Assembly: GCA_017409765.1 (NCBI GenBank)
Contig: JAFQSA010000057.1
Coordinates: forward strand, 4,074-68,073
Direction: 5' to 3'
From: Clostridia bacterium
GTDB taxonomy: Bacteria; Bacillota; Clostridia; Christensenellales; CAG-314
Length of the DNA stretch: 64,000 nucleotides
Part shown: piece after piece, positions 8,116 through 17,759 of the stretch
Numbering within the stretch: position 1 is the first letter of the stretch
How the letters are laid out: the number at the start of each line of letters is the position of its first letter
The notes under the pieces: generated by a model
Told to the model about the DNA's origin: nothing
Seen by the model: the letters and a program-made list of their open reading frames with translations, nothing else
The model's database searches: none
Program-made: the position numbers and the translations under genes

Positions 8116-10059
8116 TCAACTCAACTCGAACATACCTGTGTAGAGTTGGTAGTACTTGCCCTTTTGCGCGATCAAGTCGTCGTGGTCGCCACGCTCGATA
8201 ATTTCGCCCTTTTCCAAAACCATAATAGCATTGCTGTTGCGAACGGTACTAAGGCGGTGGGCAATTACAAAGGTTGTTCGGCCTTCCATAAGCGCATCCA
8301 TACCGCGTTCAATAAGCCACTCGGTGCGGGTGTCGATGGAACTTGTTGCTTCGTCCAAAATGAGTACAGGTGGATCGGCTACCGCTGCGCGAGCAATGGC
8401 AATGAGTTGACGTTGACCTTGGGAAAGGTTTTCGCCATCGCGAGTGATAAGTGTGTTGTAACCATCGGGCAAGTGCTTGATAAAGTTGTGCGCATTTGCC
8501 GATTTTGCAGCAGCAATACACTCTTCGTCGGTGGCATCAAGTCGGCCGTAGCGGATGTTGTCCATAACTGTGCCGGTAAACAAGTGGGTATCTTGCAAAA
8601 CCATGCCAAGGGATCTGCGCAAATCCGCCTTTTTGATTTTGTTAATGTTGATGCCGTCGTAGCGGATTTTGCCATCGGGTACGTCGTAGAAACGGTTGAT
8701 CAGGTTTGTGATTGTTGTTTTGCCCGCACCGGTTGAGCCAACAAAGGCAATCTTTTGACCGGGCTTTGCGTACAAAGATACGTTGTGCAAAACAGTTTTG
8801 TCTTCCTCGTAGCCAAAGGTTACGTCTTCGAAACGAACGTCGCCCTTTAGTTCGGTGTAGGTGATTGTGCCATCGCCATGGGGATGTTTCCAAGCCCAAT
8901 GGCCTGTGCGAGTTTCGCTTTCGGTAATGGTTCCGTCTTCGGCGATGTTTGCGTACACAAGTGTTACGTAGCCATCGTCCACTTCGGCAGGGGTATCCAA
9001 AAGCGCAAACACTCTTTCGCCACCGGCAACTGCCATAAACAACATGTTTACTTGTTGAGAGATTTGTTGGATGGGCATTGTGATGTTGCGAATGTACATC
9101 AAAAACGTTGCAACGATACCAACGTAGGCAAGGGGGCTATCGGAGTTGATAGCAATGATTGCGCCCAAAACGGCAAGTCCTGCATAGAAGAAGTGGGACA
9201 TGTTGTTCATGATGGGGCCCATGATGTTTGCATAGGCGTTGGCGCGTCCGGCAACCTTTTGCCACTCGGAGTTGATTTGGTCAAACTCCTCAATCGCCTT
9301 GTGCTCGTGGTTGAACACTTTTACGACCTTTTGACCTTCCACAAGTTCTTCGATGTAGCCGTTGAGTTTGCCCACCGCTGCTTGTTGCTTGACAAAGTTT
9401 GTTTTGGATTTGCCACCGATAAACTTGACGATGAACGCCATCAAAACAAGCATAACCACCATGACAAGAGTTAGTTTCCAACTCAATACTATCATTGCGG
9501 TAAACACACCGATGATTGTCAACGCACTACTGAATACTTGTGGGATGCAACGAGCGACAAAGTCGTTCAATAAGTCCAAGTCGTTTGTATAGCGGGACAT
9601 CAATTCGCCGTGGGTGTTTGTGTCGAACACCTTGATGGGCAGTTTTTGCATGTGCGCAAACAATTCGTTGCGCATGCGCTTGATTGTGGATGTGGAAACG
9701 GTAATCAAGATGCGGTTAAGGATGTAGTTTACCAACAAACTTACTAGGTAAACACACGCAACGGCAATAACAAGAGTTACCAAGTATTGGATTTTGTCCT
9801 CCACCACGCCGGAAAGAGCAAGTTTGTCTAGCTCGGGAATGCCTGTCAGTTTGATGTCGGCACCGGCTGTTGCGGAAAGACCATTGAGAAGGGGCGTTAG
9901 TGTTGCGGTTGCCATGATGTTGCAACCAACTTGGAGCAAAATGCAGAAAAATACAACTATCATTTTGCCTGTGTGGGGTTTGAGGTAGGACAAAATGCGA
10001 CCAACCGTACCCTTTAGATCTTTGGGTTTTTGTGTAGCGTAGCGTTTGATTGGGGGCAT
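8116..10059 (-). CDS. ABC transporter ATP-binding/permease protein (exporter half-transporter)
   Basis: 647 aa. N-terminal 6-TM domain. Walker A GSTGAGKTT, signature LSQGQRQ, Walker B ILILDEATS. The start overlaps the upstream stop (TAATG). Confidence 0.9.
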   Translation of the reverse strand: MPPIKRYATQKPKDLKGTVGRILSYLKPHTGKMIVVFFCILLQVGCNIMATATLTPLLNGLSATAGADIKLTGIPELDKLALSGVVEDKIQYLVTLVIAVACVYLVSLLVNYILNRILITVSTSTIKRMRNELFAHMQKLPIKVFDTNTHGELMSRYTNDLDLLNDFVARCIPQVFSSALTIIGVFTAMIVLSWKLTLVMVVMLVLMAFIVKFIGGKSKTNFVKQQAAVGKLNGYIEELVEGQKVVKVFNHEHKAIEEFDQINSEWQKVAGRANAYANIMGPIMNNMSHFFYAGLAVLGAIIAINSDSPLAYVGIVATFLMYIRNITMPIQQISQQVNMLFMAVAGGERVFALLDTPAEVDDGYVTLVYANIAEDGTITESETRTGHWAWKHPHGDGTITYTELKGDVRFEDVTFGYEEDKTVLHNVSLYAKPGQKIAFVGSTGAGKTTITNLINRFYDVPDGKIRYDGININKIKKADLRRSLGMVLQDTHLFTGTVMDNIRYGRLDATDEECIAAAKSANAHNFIKHLPDGYNTLITRDGENLSQGQRQLIAIARAAVADPPVLILDEATSSIDTRTEWLIERGMDALMEGRTTFVIAHRLSTVRNSNAIMVLEKGEIIERGDHDDLIAQKGKYYQLYTGMFELS

Positions 10060-11888
10060 TAGTTGTCACCTCCTTCCACAGTACCCTTTTGTTGAGAGTG
10101 GTACACTTCTTGGTAGATAGCGCAACTTTCAAGCAGTTGTTCGTGAGTGCCAACGGCGTTGATTTTGCCGTCATCAAGGACGATGATCTTGTCGCACTCG
10201 GCAATGGAAGAAATACGTTGCGCGATAATGATTGTTGTCATGCCTGTGAGTTGTTTGAGTCCTGCGCGGATTTTGGCATCCGTTGCTGTATCAACCGCAC
10301 TTGTAGAGTCGTCCAAAATCATGATTTTGGGCTTTTTGAGAATAGCGCGAGCAATGCAAAGACGTTGCTTTTGGCCACCGGATACGTTTACACCACCTTG
10401 ACCAAGGTCGGTGAGGTAGCCATCGGGAAAACTGTTGATAAATTCGTCCGCGCAAGCGTACTTGCAAGCAAGGGCAATTTCCTCATCAGTTGCATTTTCG
10501 TTACCCCAAAGGAGGTTATCCTTGATGGTACCGCTAAACAACACGTTCTTTTGCAATACCATTGATACCCCTTCGCGGAGGTTGTAGAGTGTGTAGTCCT
10601 TGACGTTTCTGCCGTCAACAAGCACTTCGCCTTGCATAACGTCGTAGAAACGAGGGATAAGATGTACCAAACTGGATTTGCCATCGCCCGTGCCACCAAT
10701 GATGCCGACGGACTCGCCAGAGTTGATGGTTAGGTTGATGTTTTCCAAGGTTGGGTTGTCCTTGTCGTCGGTGTAGGAGAAACTTACGTTATTGAACACA
10801 ATTGAGCCACTTTCCACCTTGGCATCGCTTGGGCCATCGGTGATGGTGGGTTCAGTTTCCAACACTTCGTAGATACGGTCGATAGAAGCTCTACTCATTA
10901 CAAGTTGAACAGCGATAAAGCAAATCATCATCACGCTGGAAAGAATTTGTGTGGAGTAGCTCATCATTGCGGAAAGTGTACCCGATGCCATTGTGCCATG
11001 GGCAATTTCCGTACCGCCAATCAAAATCAAGGCAATCATTGTGCCGTACATAACTGTGCTTGTTAGGGGGTTCATCAAAATTATGATGCTTTCCGCCTTG
11101 AATTGGTGTTGACGTACGTCTTCGGTGGCTTGTTCGTACTTTTGCTCTTCGAAGTCGTCACGAACAAATGCCTTTACAACGCGGATAGCAGTCAAGTTTT
11201 CTTGTACGGTGGCGTTCATCTTGTCGTACTTTTTGAACATAGTTCTAAAGTACGGATGCACCTTGGTTGCCAAAAATGCCATAACGATACCCAACAATGG
11301 AACGGCAATCAGGAACACCCACGCCATTTGTGGTTGATTGATAAATGCCATGATTGTGGAGAAAATGAGCATTGATGGCGCACGGAAAACTGTACGAATC
11401 AGCATCATAAATGATTGTTGCGCGTGGTTGACGTCGGTTGTGCAACGAGTTACCAAACTTGCTGTGGAGAGTTTGTCCACGTTGGCAAAGGAAAACTCTT
11501 GCACTTTGTTAAACAGGCTTGCGCGCATGTTTTTGGAAAATCCTGCGCCTGCCATTGCACAATAGTAGCCGGCAAGTCCACCAAAGGTAAGGCTGATTGC
11601 AGAGGATATTACCATCAATACGCCGTAGGTGATAACAACGTCAATCAGCACGTCACTTGTGACGATTGCATTCTTGTAGATGGTTTGCATTTCAAACGCG
11701 CTCCACTCCAAATAGGTGATGTTTGCAACAAGACCTTTGTTTGTGGAAAAGGATTGAAGCGAGTTCAAAATGTTGGACATAAACATGGGCAAGACAACTT
11801 CCAAGGCTGTTTCCAAAAGCACCAACACAACGGTCAGTATGGAAAACTTTTCGTAGCCTTTTGCCCCTTTTAGTAGTTTTTTGATCAT
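10059..11888 (-). CDS. ABC transporter ATP-binding/permease protein (exporter half-transporter, partner of 8116-10059)
   Basis: 609 aa. Walker A GGTGDGKSS, signature VSGGQKQR, Walker B IMILDDSTS. Confidence 0.9.
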   Translation of the reverse strand: MIKKLLKGAKGYEKFSILTVVLVLLETALEVVLPMFMSNILNSLQSFSTNKGLVANITYLEWSAFEMQTIYKNAIVTSDVLIDVVITYGVLMVISSAISLTFGGLAGYYCAMAGAGFSKNMRASLFNKVQEFSFANVDKLSTASLVTRCTTDVNHAQQSFMMLIRTVFRAPSMLIFSTIMAFINQPQMAWVFLIAVPLLGIVMAFLATKVHPYFRTMFKKYDKMNATVQENLTAIRVVKAFVRDDFEEQKYEQATEDVRQHQFKAESIIILMNPLTSTVMYGTMIALILIGGTEIAHGTMASGTLSAMMSYSTQILSSVMMICFIAVQLVMSRASIDRIYEVLETEPTITDGPSDAKVESGSIVFNNVSFSYTDDKDNPTLENINLTINSGESVGIIGGTGDGKSSLVHLIPRFYDVMQGEVLVDGRNVKDYTLYNLREGVSMVLQKNVLFSGTIKDNLLWGNENATDEEIALACKYACADEFINSFPDGYLTDLGQGGVNVSGGQKQRLCIARAILKKPKIMILDDSTSAVDTATDAKIRAGLKQLTGMTTIIIAQRISSIAECDKIIVLDDGKINAVGTHEQLLESCAIYQEVYHSQQKGTVEGGDN

Positions 11889-12080
11889 TTTTTACTTCCT
11901 TGATTTTGCGGGAAATCCGCAGTTGAAAAATTGGTTACATTGTTGTTTGAATTGGATGGGTAATTGTGCACCGCATTGCAGACACAACCAGACGTTGCTA
12001 CATTGCGATGGATACCGCACCATCAAAATAATACTTATTTATATACTATTTGAGTATGAAATAAAACTGAAAAACATCAA

Positions 12081-12098
12081 CTACGTGTGTGTTTTTTG
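12081..12098 (+). repeat. Family C motif copy, 5'-truncated (CTACGTGTGTGTTTTTTG)
   Basis: Lies ~190 nt upstream of the ABC operon start, co-oriented with it. Confidence 0.55.
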
Positions 12099-12156
12099 AA
12101 TTTTTGTTGCAAATTTTTACCAGTTTGATTACTGCTTGTTTGCAAGGTTAACCTTG

Positions 12157-15100
12157 TTACTTCTCAAAAAATACAACACACTTTTCGCCAAGAAGTCCTG
12201 CTAGTTCGTACTCGATTCCGGCACACTTGCGCACCTTTTGGTCGAGGGTGTACGCTTTGCCTTCGATCTTGATTTTTACAGGGATATCCCCTTGGTATTG
12301 ATCCAACACGTCGCACACTTTGGCAAAAATTTCCTCGTTGCGCTCTTCCATCTTTAGCCACAAAGTGACGTTTGGTTTGGTTGGAGTGTGGTCCGCCTCG
12401 GCAATGGCCTTTTTCTTGCTTTCGTCCGAGTTGGGGTCGATAATTTCGCGGATGACAATTTTGTAGCCCTCGCGTGCTTCGGAAAGTCCGCCCTTGATAA
12501 CTACAAATGCGTCGGTAACAAACTTGTCCTTGTAGCGCTCGTAGTTGACACCGTAGATGCTAACTTCGATGGAATCGAATTGGTCTTCCAAAACGGCAAA
12601 GCCCATCTTGTTGTTGTCCTTGCCGATAACCACGCGGATGTCGCGCAAAATACCGCCGGTAACCACTTGGCGTTTTTCCACCTTGGGGTAGACTTTTTCG
12701 CCATCGGGCGCACCGTCAGGAACGTAGGGCGCGGTGATTTTTGTGGAGAAGTCGAAGTGGTACTGACTTGCCACCTTGTCGTAGTCGTCCAAAGGAGAGC
12801 CCGTCATGTACAAACCAAGCACTTCGTTTTCGAAGGTGTAGAGCATTTGCTTGGGTAGTTCGGGAATTTGTTCGTGGGTTGGACGAGTGTCGTTTTTGAG
12901 TTCCGGCATCATGTCGAAAAGTGACATTTGACCTGTTTTGCGACGCTCAGCGCGCTCCAGCACTTCGTCGTACTCTTGCATGTAGAATTGGAGCATGTCC
13001 GCACGAGTTCTACCAAAGCAGTCGAATGCGCCACCCTTGATGAGGTTTTCGATCATGCGCTTGTTCAAGAAGGTTGCGCAACGCTCGTACAAGTCGCTTG
13101 TGTCGGCAAACTCGCCATGTTGTTCGCGTTCGTCCACCAACTTTTTGATAGCGTCCACACCAACGTTACGGATACCACCCAGACCAAAGCGGATAGCACC
13201 ATCTTCTACGTGGAACAACTCGCGACTCTTGTTAACGCAAGGTTGCAAAACGGCAATACCTTGGGACTTGGCGTACTCCATGTACTTTTTGATTAGGGAG
13301 ATATCGTTGATGCGGTTGTTCAACAGCGCACAAATAAGTTCCGTTGGGTAGTAGGTTTTGAGCCAAGCAGTTTGGTACGTTACGTAGGCGTAGCAAGTTG
13401 CGTGGGATTTGTTGAAGGCATATTGAGAAAATGCATCCAGTTGTTCGTAAATCTTTTGAGCAACTTCCTCGGGGATGCCATTGTTAACACAACCGGGGAC
13501 AGTTTCGCCATTGGCAGGCCAAGTGCCACCGTGGATGAACAATTGTCCAAGGTCTTGCATCATTTGAGTTTTCTTTTTGGACATGGCGTAACGAACGTTG
13601 TCCGCAAGGGCGGTAGAAAAACCGGCAAGCTTTTTAACCAGTTGCATAACTTGCTCTTGGTAGACAATACAGCCGTTTGTTACTGCCAAGATTGACTCCA
13701 TCGATGGGTGCAAGTAGTGAATTTTGGATTTGTCGAACTTGCAGGCGATAAAGTCGTCTATATATTGCATTGGGCCGGGACGATACAGGGAAATACCCGC
13801 GATGATTTCTTCCAAGTCGGTGGGCTTCATGCGGTGCATAAGGTCCGCCATACCGCCACTTTCAAGTTGGAAGATACACATTGTGTCGCCACCGGAAATG
13901 TTGTTGAACACGTTTTGGTCGGCGTAACTATCGTTGGAGAAATCAACTTTTACGCCGTGGTTTTCGTAGACGTAGTCGCACGCCTTTTTGATGTCGGTAA
14001 GTGTTCTAAGCCCCAAAAAGTCCATCTTCAAAAGGCCCAACTCTTCCACTTCGATCATGTTGTATTGGGTGGTTACAACACCGCCCTTAGATACACGACC
14101 ACCGTTTGTTTGAAGGGGTACGTGGTCGCTAACCTTTTCGCGACAGATAACAACGCCCGCTGCGTGCATACCTGTGTTGCGTGGGGAGCCTTCTAGGCGC
14201 ATTGCGCAGTCCAACAACTTGTGTGTTGCTGGATCGTTGTAGGCATCGATAAGTTCTTGGGAGATGTAGGTATCTTCCGGCTTTTTGTAGGTTTTTTTGC
14301 CCAACAAATGGCGAAGCGTGTACTTGAAGTTGTCCGGAACCATCTTTGCAAGGCGGTTGGAATCGGCAACGGAAAAGCGCATTACTCTGGCAACGTCGCG
14401 GATGGCATTTTTGGTTGCCATTGTACCAAAGGTTACAATTTGGCAGACGTTATCTGCGCCGTACTTTTTGTGTACGTAGTCGATAACTTCGCCACGGCGG
14501 TCCATACAAAAGTCGACGTCGAAGTCGGGCATGGACTTACGTTGTGGGTTCAAAAAACGCTCGAACATCAAATTGAAGCGGAAGGGTTCAACTTCGGTAA
14601 TGCCGATGAGGTAGGCAATGACACTACCTGCGCCACTACCACGGCCGGGGCCAACGGGGATACCATTTGTCTTGGCGTAGTTAATGAAGTCCCAAACGAT
14701 AAGGTAGTAGTCCACAAAGCCCATGTCGCAAATAACGCCATACTCGTACTCGACGCGCTCGCGGATTTCGTCCGTTACAACTGGGTACTTTTTCTTTAGT
14801 CCTTCTTCCAGCAAAAATCTGAGGTACTCTGGAGAGGACATTCCTCCTGGTGGAGTGTACAGTGGCAAAAGTTTTTCCTTGCCAAAGTCCACGTTGCACT
14901 TGTCGGCAATTTCCAAGGTGTTGTCCATGGCATCGGGCAAATTGGGGAACAAACTTGCCATTTCGTCGTAACTCTTGAGGTAGAATTGGTCACCTTCGAA
15001 CTTCATACGGTCGGTGTCGTCCACAAAGCGTCCCATTGCAACGCACATCATGATGTCTTGCAGTTCGGCATCTTCTTGGCGAAGATAGTGAACGTCGTTT

Positions 15101-15702
15101 GTTACAACAAGTTTGATATCTAGTTCACGAGCGATTTGCACGAGTTGGGGCATAACAGCCTCTTCGTCGGCAATGCCGTGGCGTTGAATTTCGATGTAGT
15201 AGTCGTCGCCAAACAAGTCCTTGTATTGTTGCGCCAACTCCAACGCCTCTTGGTAGCGGTCGGCAAGCAAAAGTCGTGGCAATTGACCTGCGATACACGC
15301 GGAAAGGCACACCAAACCTTCGGAATACTTTTGGAGAGTTTCGAAGTCGATACGTGGTTTGGAGTAGAATCCTTCGGTAAAGGCAATGGAGTTAAGTCGG
15401 CACAGGTTGTAGTAGCCTGTGTTGTTTTTGGCAAGAAGTATCAAGTGGAAGTACTCACGATTGGTGACGCCTTCGGCGTGCAAGTCCTCGCACATGTAAA
15501 CTTCGCAACCGATGATAGGTTTGATATTTTTTGCCTTGGCAGCCTTTAGGAACTTCCAAGCGCAGTACATGTTGCCGTGGTCGGTTACGGCAATGGCGGG
15601 CATGTTGTATTCCACACACCTATCCAGCATTTCGTCGATGCGTGTTTCGCCGTCCAAAAGGCTGTACTCGGTGTGAAGGTGTAAGTGAACGAATGGTTTC
15701 AT
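12157..15702 (-). CDS. dnaE: DNA polymerase III alpha subunit
   Basis: 1181 aa. PHP domain start FVHLHLHTEYSLLDG, polymerase core, and a C-terminal OB-fold region. Confidence 0.95.
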   Translation of the reverse strand: MKPFVHLHLHTEYSLLDGETRIDEMLDRCVEYNMPAIAVTDHGNMYCAWKFLKAAKAKNIKPIIGCEVYMCEDLHAEGVTNREYFHLILLAKNNTGYYNLCRLNSIAFTEGFYSKPRIDFETLQKYSEGLVCLSACIAGQLPRLLLADRYQEALELAQQYKDLFGDDYYIEIQRHGIADEEAVMPQLVQIARELDIKLVVTNDVHYLRQEDAELQDIMMCVAMGRFVDDTDRMKFEGDQFYLKSYDEMASLFPNLPDAMDNTLEIADKCNVDFGKEKLLPLYTPPGGMSSPEYLRFLLEEGLKKKYPVVTDEIRERVEYEYGVICDMGFVDYYLIVWDFINYAKTNGIPVGPGRGSGAGSVIAYLIGITEVEPFRFNLMFERFLNPQRKSMPDFDVDFCMDRRGEVIDYVHKKYGADNVCQIVTFGTMATKNAIRDVARVMRFSVADSNRLAKMVPDNFKYTLRHLLGKKTYKKPEDTYISQELIDAYNDPATHKLLDCAMRLEGSPRNTGMHAAGVVICREKVSDHVPLQTNGGRVSKGGVVTTQYNMIEVEELGLLKMDFLGLRTLTDIKKACDYVYENHGVKVDFSNDSYADQNVFNNISGGDTMCIFQLESGGMADLMHRMKPTDLEEIIAGISLYRPGPMQYIDDFIACKFDKSKIHYLHPSMESILAVTNGCIVYQEQVMQLVKKLAGFSTALADNVRYAMSKKKTQMMQDLGQLFIHGGTWPANGETVPGCVNNGIPEEVAQKIYEQLDAFSQYAFNKSHATCYAYVTYQTAWLKTYYPTELICALLNNRINDISLIKKYMEYAKSQGIAVLQPCVNKSRELFHVEDGAIRFGLGGIRNVGVDAIKKLVDEREQHGEFADTSDLYERCATFLNKRMIENLIKGGAFDCFGRTRADMLQFYMQEYDEVLERAERRKTGQMSLFDMMPELKNDTRPTHEQIPELPKQMLYTFENEVLGLYMTGSPLDDYDKVASQYHFDFSTKITAPYVPDGAPDGEKVYPKVEKRQVVTGGILRDIRVVIGKDNNKMGFAVLEDQFDSIEVSIYGVNYERYKDKFVTDAFVVIKGGLSEAREGYKIVIREIIDPNSDESKKKAIAEADHTPTKPNVTLWLKMEERNEEIFAKVCDVLDQYQGDIPVKIKIEGKAYTLDQKVRKCAGIEYELAGLLGEKCVVFFEK

Positions 15703-15723
15703 GTTTTCTCCTGTGTGATGGTG

Positions 15724-15751
15724 TTTTTAGGGGATACGTGTTGTGTTTTTG
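15724..15751 (+). repeat. Family C motif copy (TTTTTAGGGGATACGTGTTGTGTTTTTG)
   Basis: Sits inside the 57-nt whiA-dnaE spacer, 22 nt upstream of the dnaE ATG. Confidence 0.75.
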
Positions 15752-15759
15752 CGAATGGG

Positions 15760-16704
15760 CTAGTCCTGTTGGGAAAGTTGGATTAGTCGTGTTAGACGGT
15801 GGTTAGCACCGCTTTTGGATATACCAAGTCGGTTGGCAAGTTCCTCGAGGCCTGCTTCTGGGAACTCTTCGCGAAGGAGAGCAATTTCCTTGAGTTGGTC
15901 GGACAAACTATCGAACAAACCCTTTTGGCGCAAGGTGGCAATGGCGATTAGTTGCTTTTCCGAGGCTTGGATGGCCTTGTCGATGTTGGCGGAAATGCAG
16001 TTGCTTTGGCGGTTGGCCGTGTTACGAATACTGCGTCCAATGATGACGTTTTCCAACTTCAAACTGGCGCTAGTTGCACCCAAGTACACCAAAAAGTCGG
16101 CAATTTTTTCGCTTTCCTTTAGGTACAAGATTGTGCGGTTTTTGCGCTCCAAGGTGTGGAAGGACCACTCGGCAAAGGTTTGTTGGATTGCCTTGGCAAG
16201 TTGGGTGTTTGCCAGTCGCAACTCCAAGTGGTACTTGCCCCTTGTTTCGCTTTCCGCAAGGTCGTTGGAGCCAAGTGGAATTACTACCGAGCCACTTGCA
16301 ACAAACAATCCTTGCATAAAGGCGCGTTTGCAACAATCCTTGGTGGGCAAAATTTCCTCCAGGCGATTGTTGATTTGCATTGTGCCTTCCTCATCGCGGT
16401 ACACAAGCCCCAACTTTTCGCCAATGTTGCCCAAAAACTCGCAACTGTACACCGCTTCGCCTTTGACGTTCAAGTTGGAACTTTCAATTTCGGCGGAAAT
16501 GCCAAGGTTGGCTTCGGCAAGGTGTTTGCAGAAAGTTAGCATTTCGTGATTTTCGCTTTCCACAACAAAGCCGAAACTTTTGTAGCCCAAAGTTAGACTA
16601 CCGATGCTTTTTAAGACGGCAGTCAAAAAGGAAGTTGCACAGCAACCCCTAAGATGGCGAAGAATTTTGAGAATTTCCAGTTTGGTGGATTGAGAAAATG
16701 TCAT
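15760..16704 (-). CDS. whiA: DNA-binding protein WhiA
   Basis: 314 aa. N-terminal ...CC..SFLTAVLKSIGSL, LAGLIDADG-like middle region, and a C-terminal HTH (LEELANRLGISKSGANHRL). Confidence 0.9.
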   Translation of the reverse strand: MTFSQSTKLEILKILRHLRGCCATSFLTAVLKSIGSLTLGYKSFGFVVESENHEMLTFCKHLAEANLGISAEIESSNLNVKGEAVYSCEFLGNIGEKLGLVYRDEEGTMQINNRLEEILPTKDCCKRAFMQGLFVASGSVVIPLGSNDLAESETRGKYHLELRLANTQLAKAIQQTFAEWSFHTLERKNRTILYLKESEKIADFLVYLGATSASLKLENVIIGRSIRNTANRQSNCISANIDKAIQASEKQLIAIATLRQKGLFDSLSDQLKEIALLREEFPEAGLEELANRLGISKSGANHRLTRLIQLSQQD

Positions 16705-17611
16705 TTGTGGCCTCGTCGAAGTTCAGCAGGTTTAGTTCCACTTGGGATGTCACTTGGTAGCGTTCCCAAAGTACCCGTTGAATATAACTTATTAATAAGT
16801 ATATATCTTTTGAGGCACTTTTGTCAATGTTTATAACGAAACCTGCGTGCTTTTTTGAAACTTTTGCTTGGCCAATTTGGTAACCCTTTAGCCCTGCCTC
16901 GTCGATGAGTTTGGAAAGGGGGACGTTTTCGTTGTACAAAACGCATCCGGCCGTCTTTGCGCCCAGCGGTTGGGTTTTGGCTTTTTGCCCTTTCATCCAT
17001 TGGATTTTGTGGGAAACTTGCGTTGGCGTGGACTTTGCAAAGCAAAAAGTCACTTGCAAAACCACGTAGTTGGAGTGTTTGAAAATGCTGTTGCGATGGG
17101 CAAAGTTGCATTGTTTAGCGGAAAGTGTTTTTACAACGCCATTGTGCAACACCTTGACGGAGTGGACGATATCCTTGGCGCATTGTCCAAAGCAACCGGC
17201 ATTGCAAACAACCACACCACCTACACTTGCTGGCAAACAAGCAAGAAACTCCCCACCGGTTAGCCCCTTGGCAACACAAAGTTGCGCAACCTTGGCTGTT
17301 GGCGCACCACAATCGGCGGTAACAAAGTTGCCGTCAAACGCAATGCCATTTAGATTTTTGGTGGAAACAACAACACCATCGAAGTGATTGTCGCTTGCAA
17401 GGACGTTGCTACCCTTGCCCAAAATGTAAAAAGGTATCTTGTTGCGACGCAGATACCTTGTTGCAGAAACTAGTTGTTTTGTTTGGCTTGGATACACAAC
17501 CAATGCGATTGTGCCACCCACTCCCAAGGTGGTTAAATTGGCAAAGGTACAATTTGTGTTTGTGGCAATGCCAAGGGAGTGCATTTTGGATACAATTTTT
17601 TGAGTGTTCAT
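16649..17611 (-). CDS. murB: UDP-N-acetylmuramate dehydrogenase
   Basis: 320 aa. FAD-binding TTLGVGG, GKGSNVL, and catalytic-region GGEFLACLPASVGG. The 3' end overlaps the whiA start by 56 nt. Confidence 0.9.
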   Translation of the reverse strand: MNTQKIVSKMHSLGIATNTNCTFANLTTLGVGGTIALVVYPSQTKQLVSATRYLRRNKIPFYILGKGSNVLASDNHFDGVVVSTKNLNGIAFDGNFVTADCGAPTAKVAQLCVAKGLTGGEFLACLPASVGGVVVCNAGCFGQCAKDIVHSVKVLHNGVVKTLSAKQCNFAHRNSIFKHSNYVVLQVTFCFAKSTPTQVSHKIQWMKGQKAKTQPLGAKTAGCVLYNENVPLSKLIDEAGLKGYQIGQAKVSKKHAGFVINIDKSASKDIYLLISYIQRVLWERYQVTSQVELNLLNFDEATNDIFSIHQTGNSQNSSPS

Positions 17612-17637
17612 AGGACAAAATTGAATTTTTTTGGAAA

Positions 17638-17664
17638 TTTTTGGGGATACGTGTTGCTTTTTTG
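17638..17664 (+). repeat. Family C motif copy (TTTTTGGGGATACGTGTTGCTTTTTTG)
   Basis: Lies 27 nt upstream of the murB ATG, co-oriented with it. Confidence 0.75.
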
Positions 17665-17759
17665 AAAATTTTAATTTTTAGAAATTGAAAAAAATTGGAA
17701 GGATTTTGTGGGGCAATAGAACACTTGATTGCGCAAAAACTCGTGCAAAAACGGTTTTT

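Noticed and set aside
16649-16704. A 56-nt overlap between murB and whiA that could indicate a frameshift or fusion.
   Set aside because: Both proteins have normal family-typical termini: whiA starts MTFSQSTKLEIL...CC, and the murB core ends before the overlap. The murB tail is simply a non-conserved extension.
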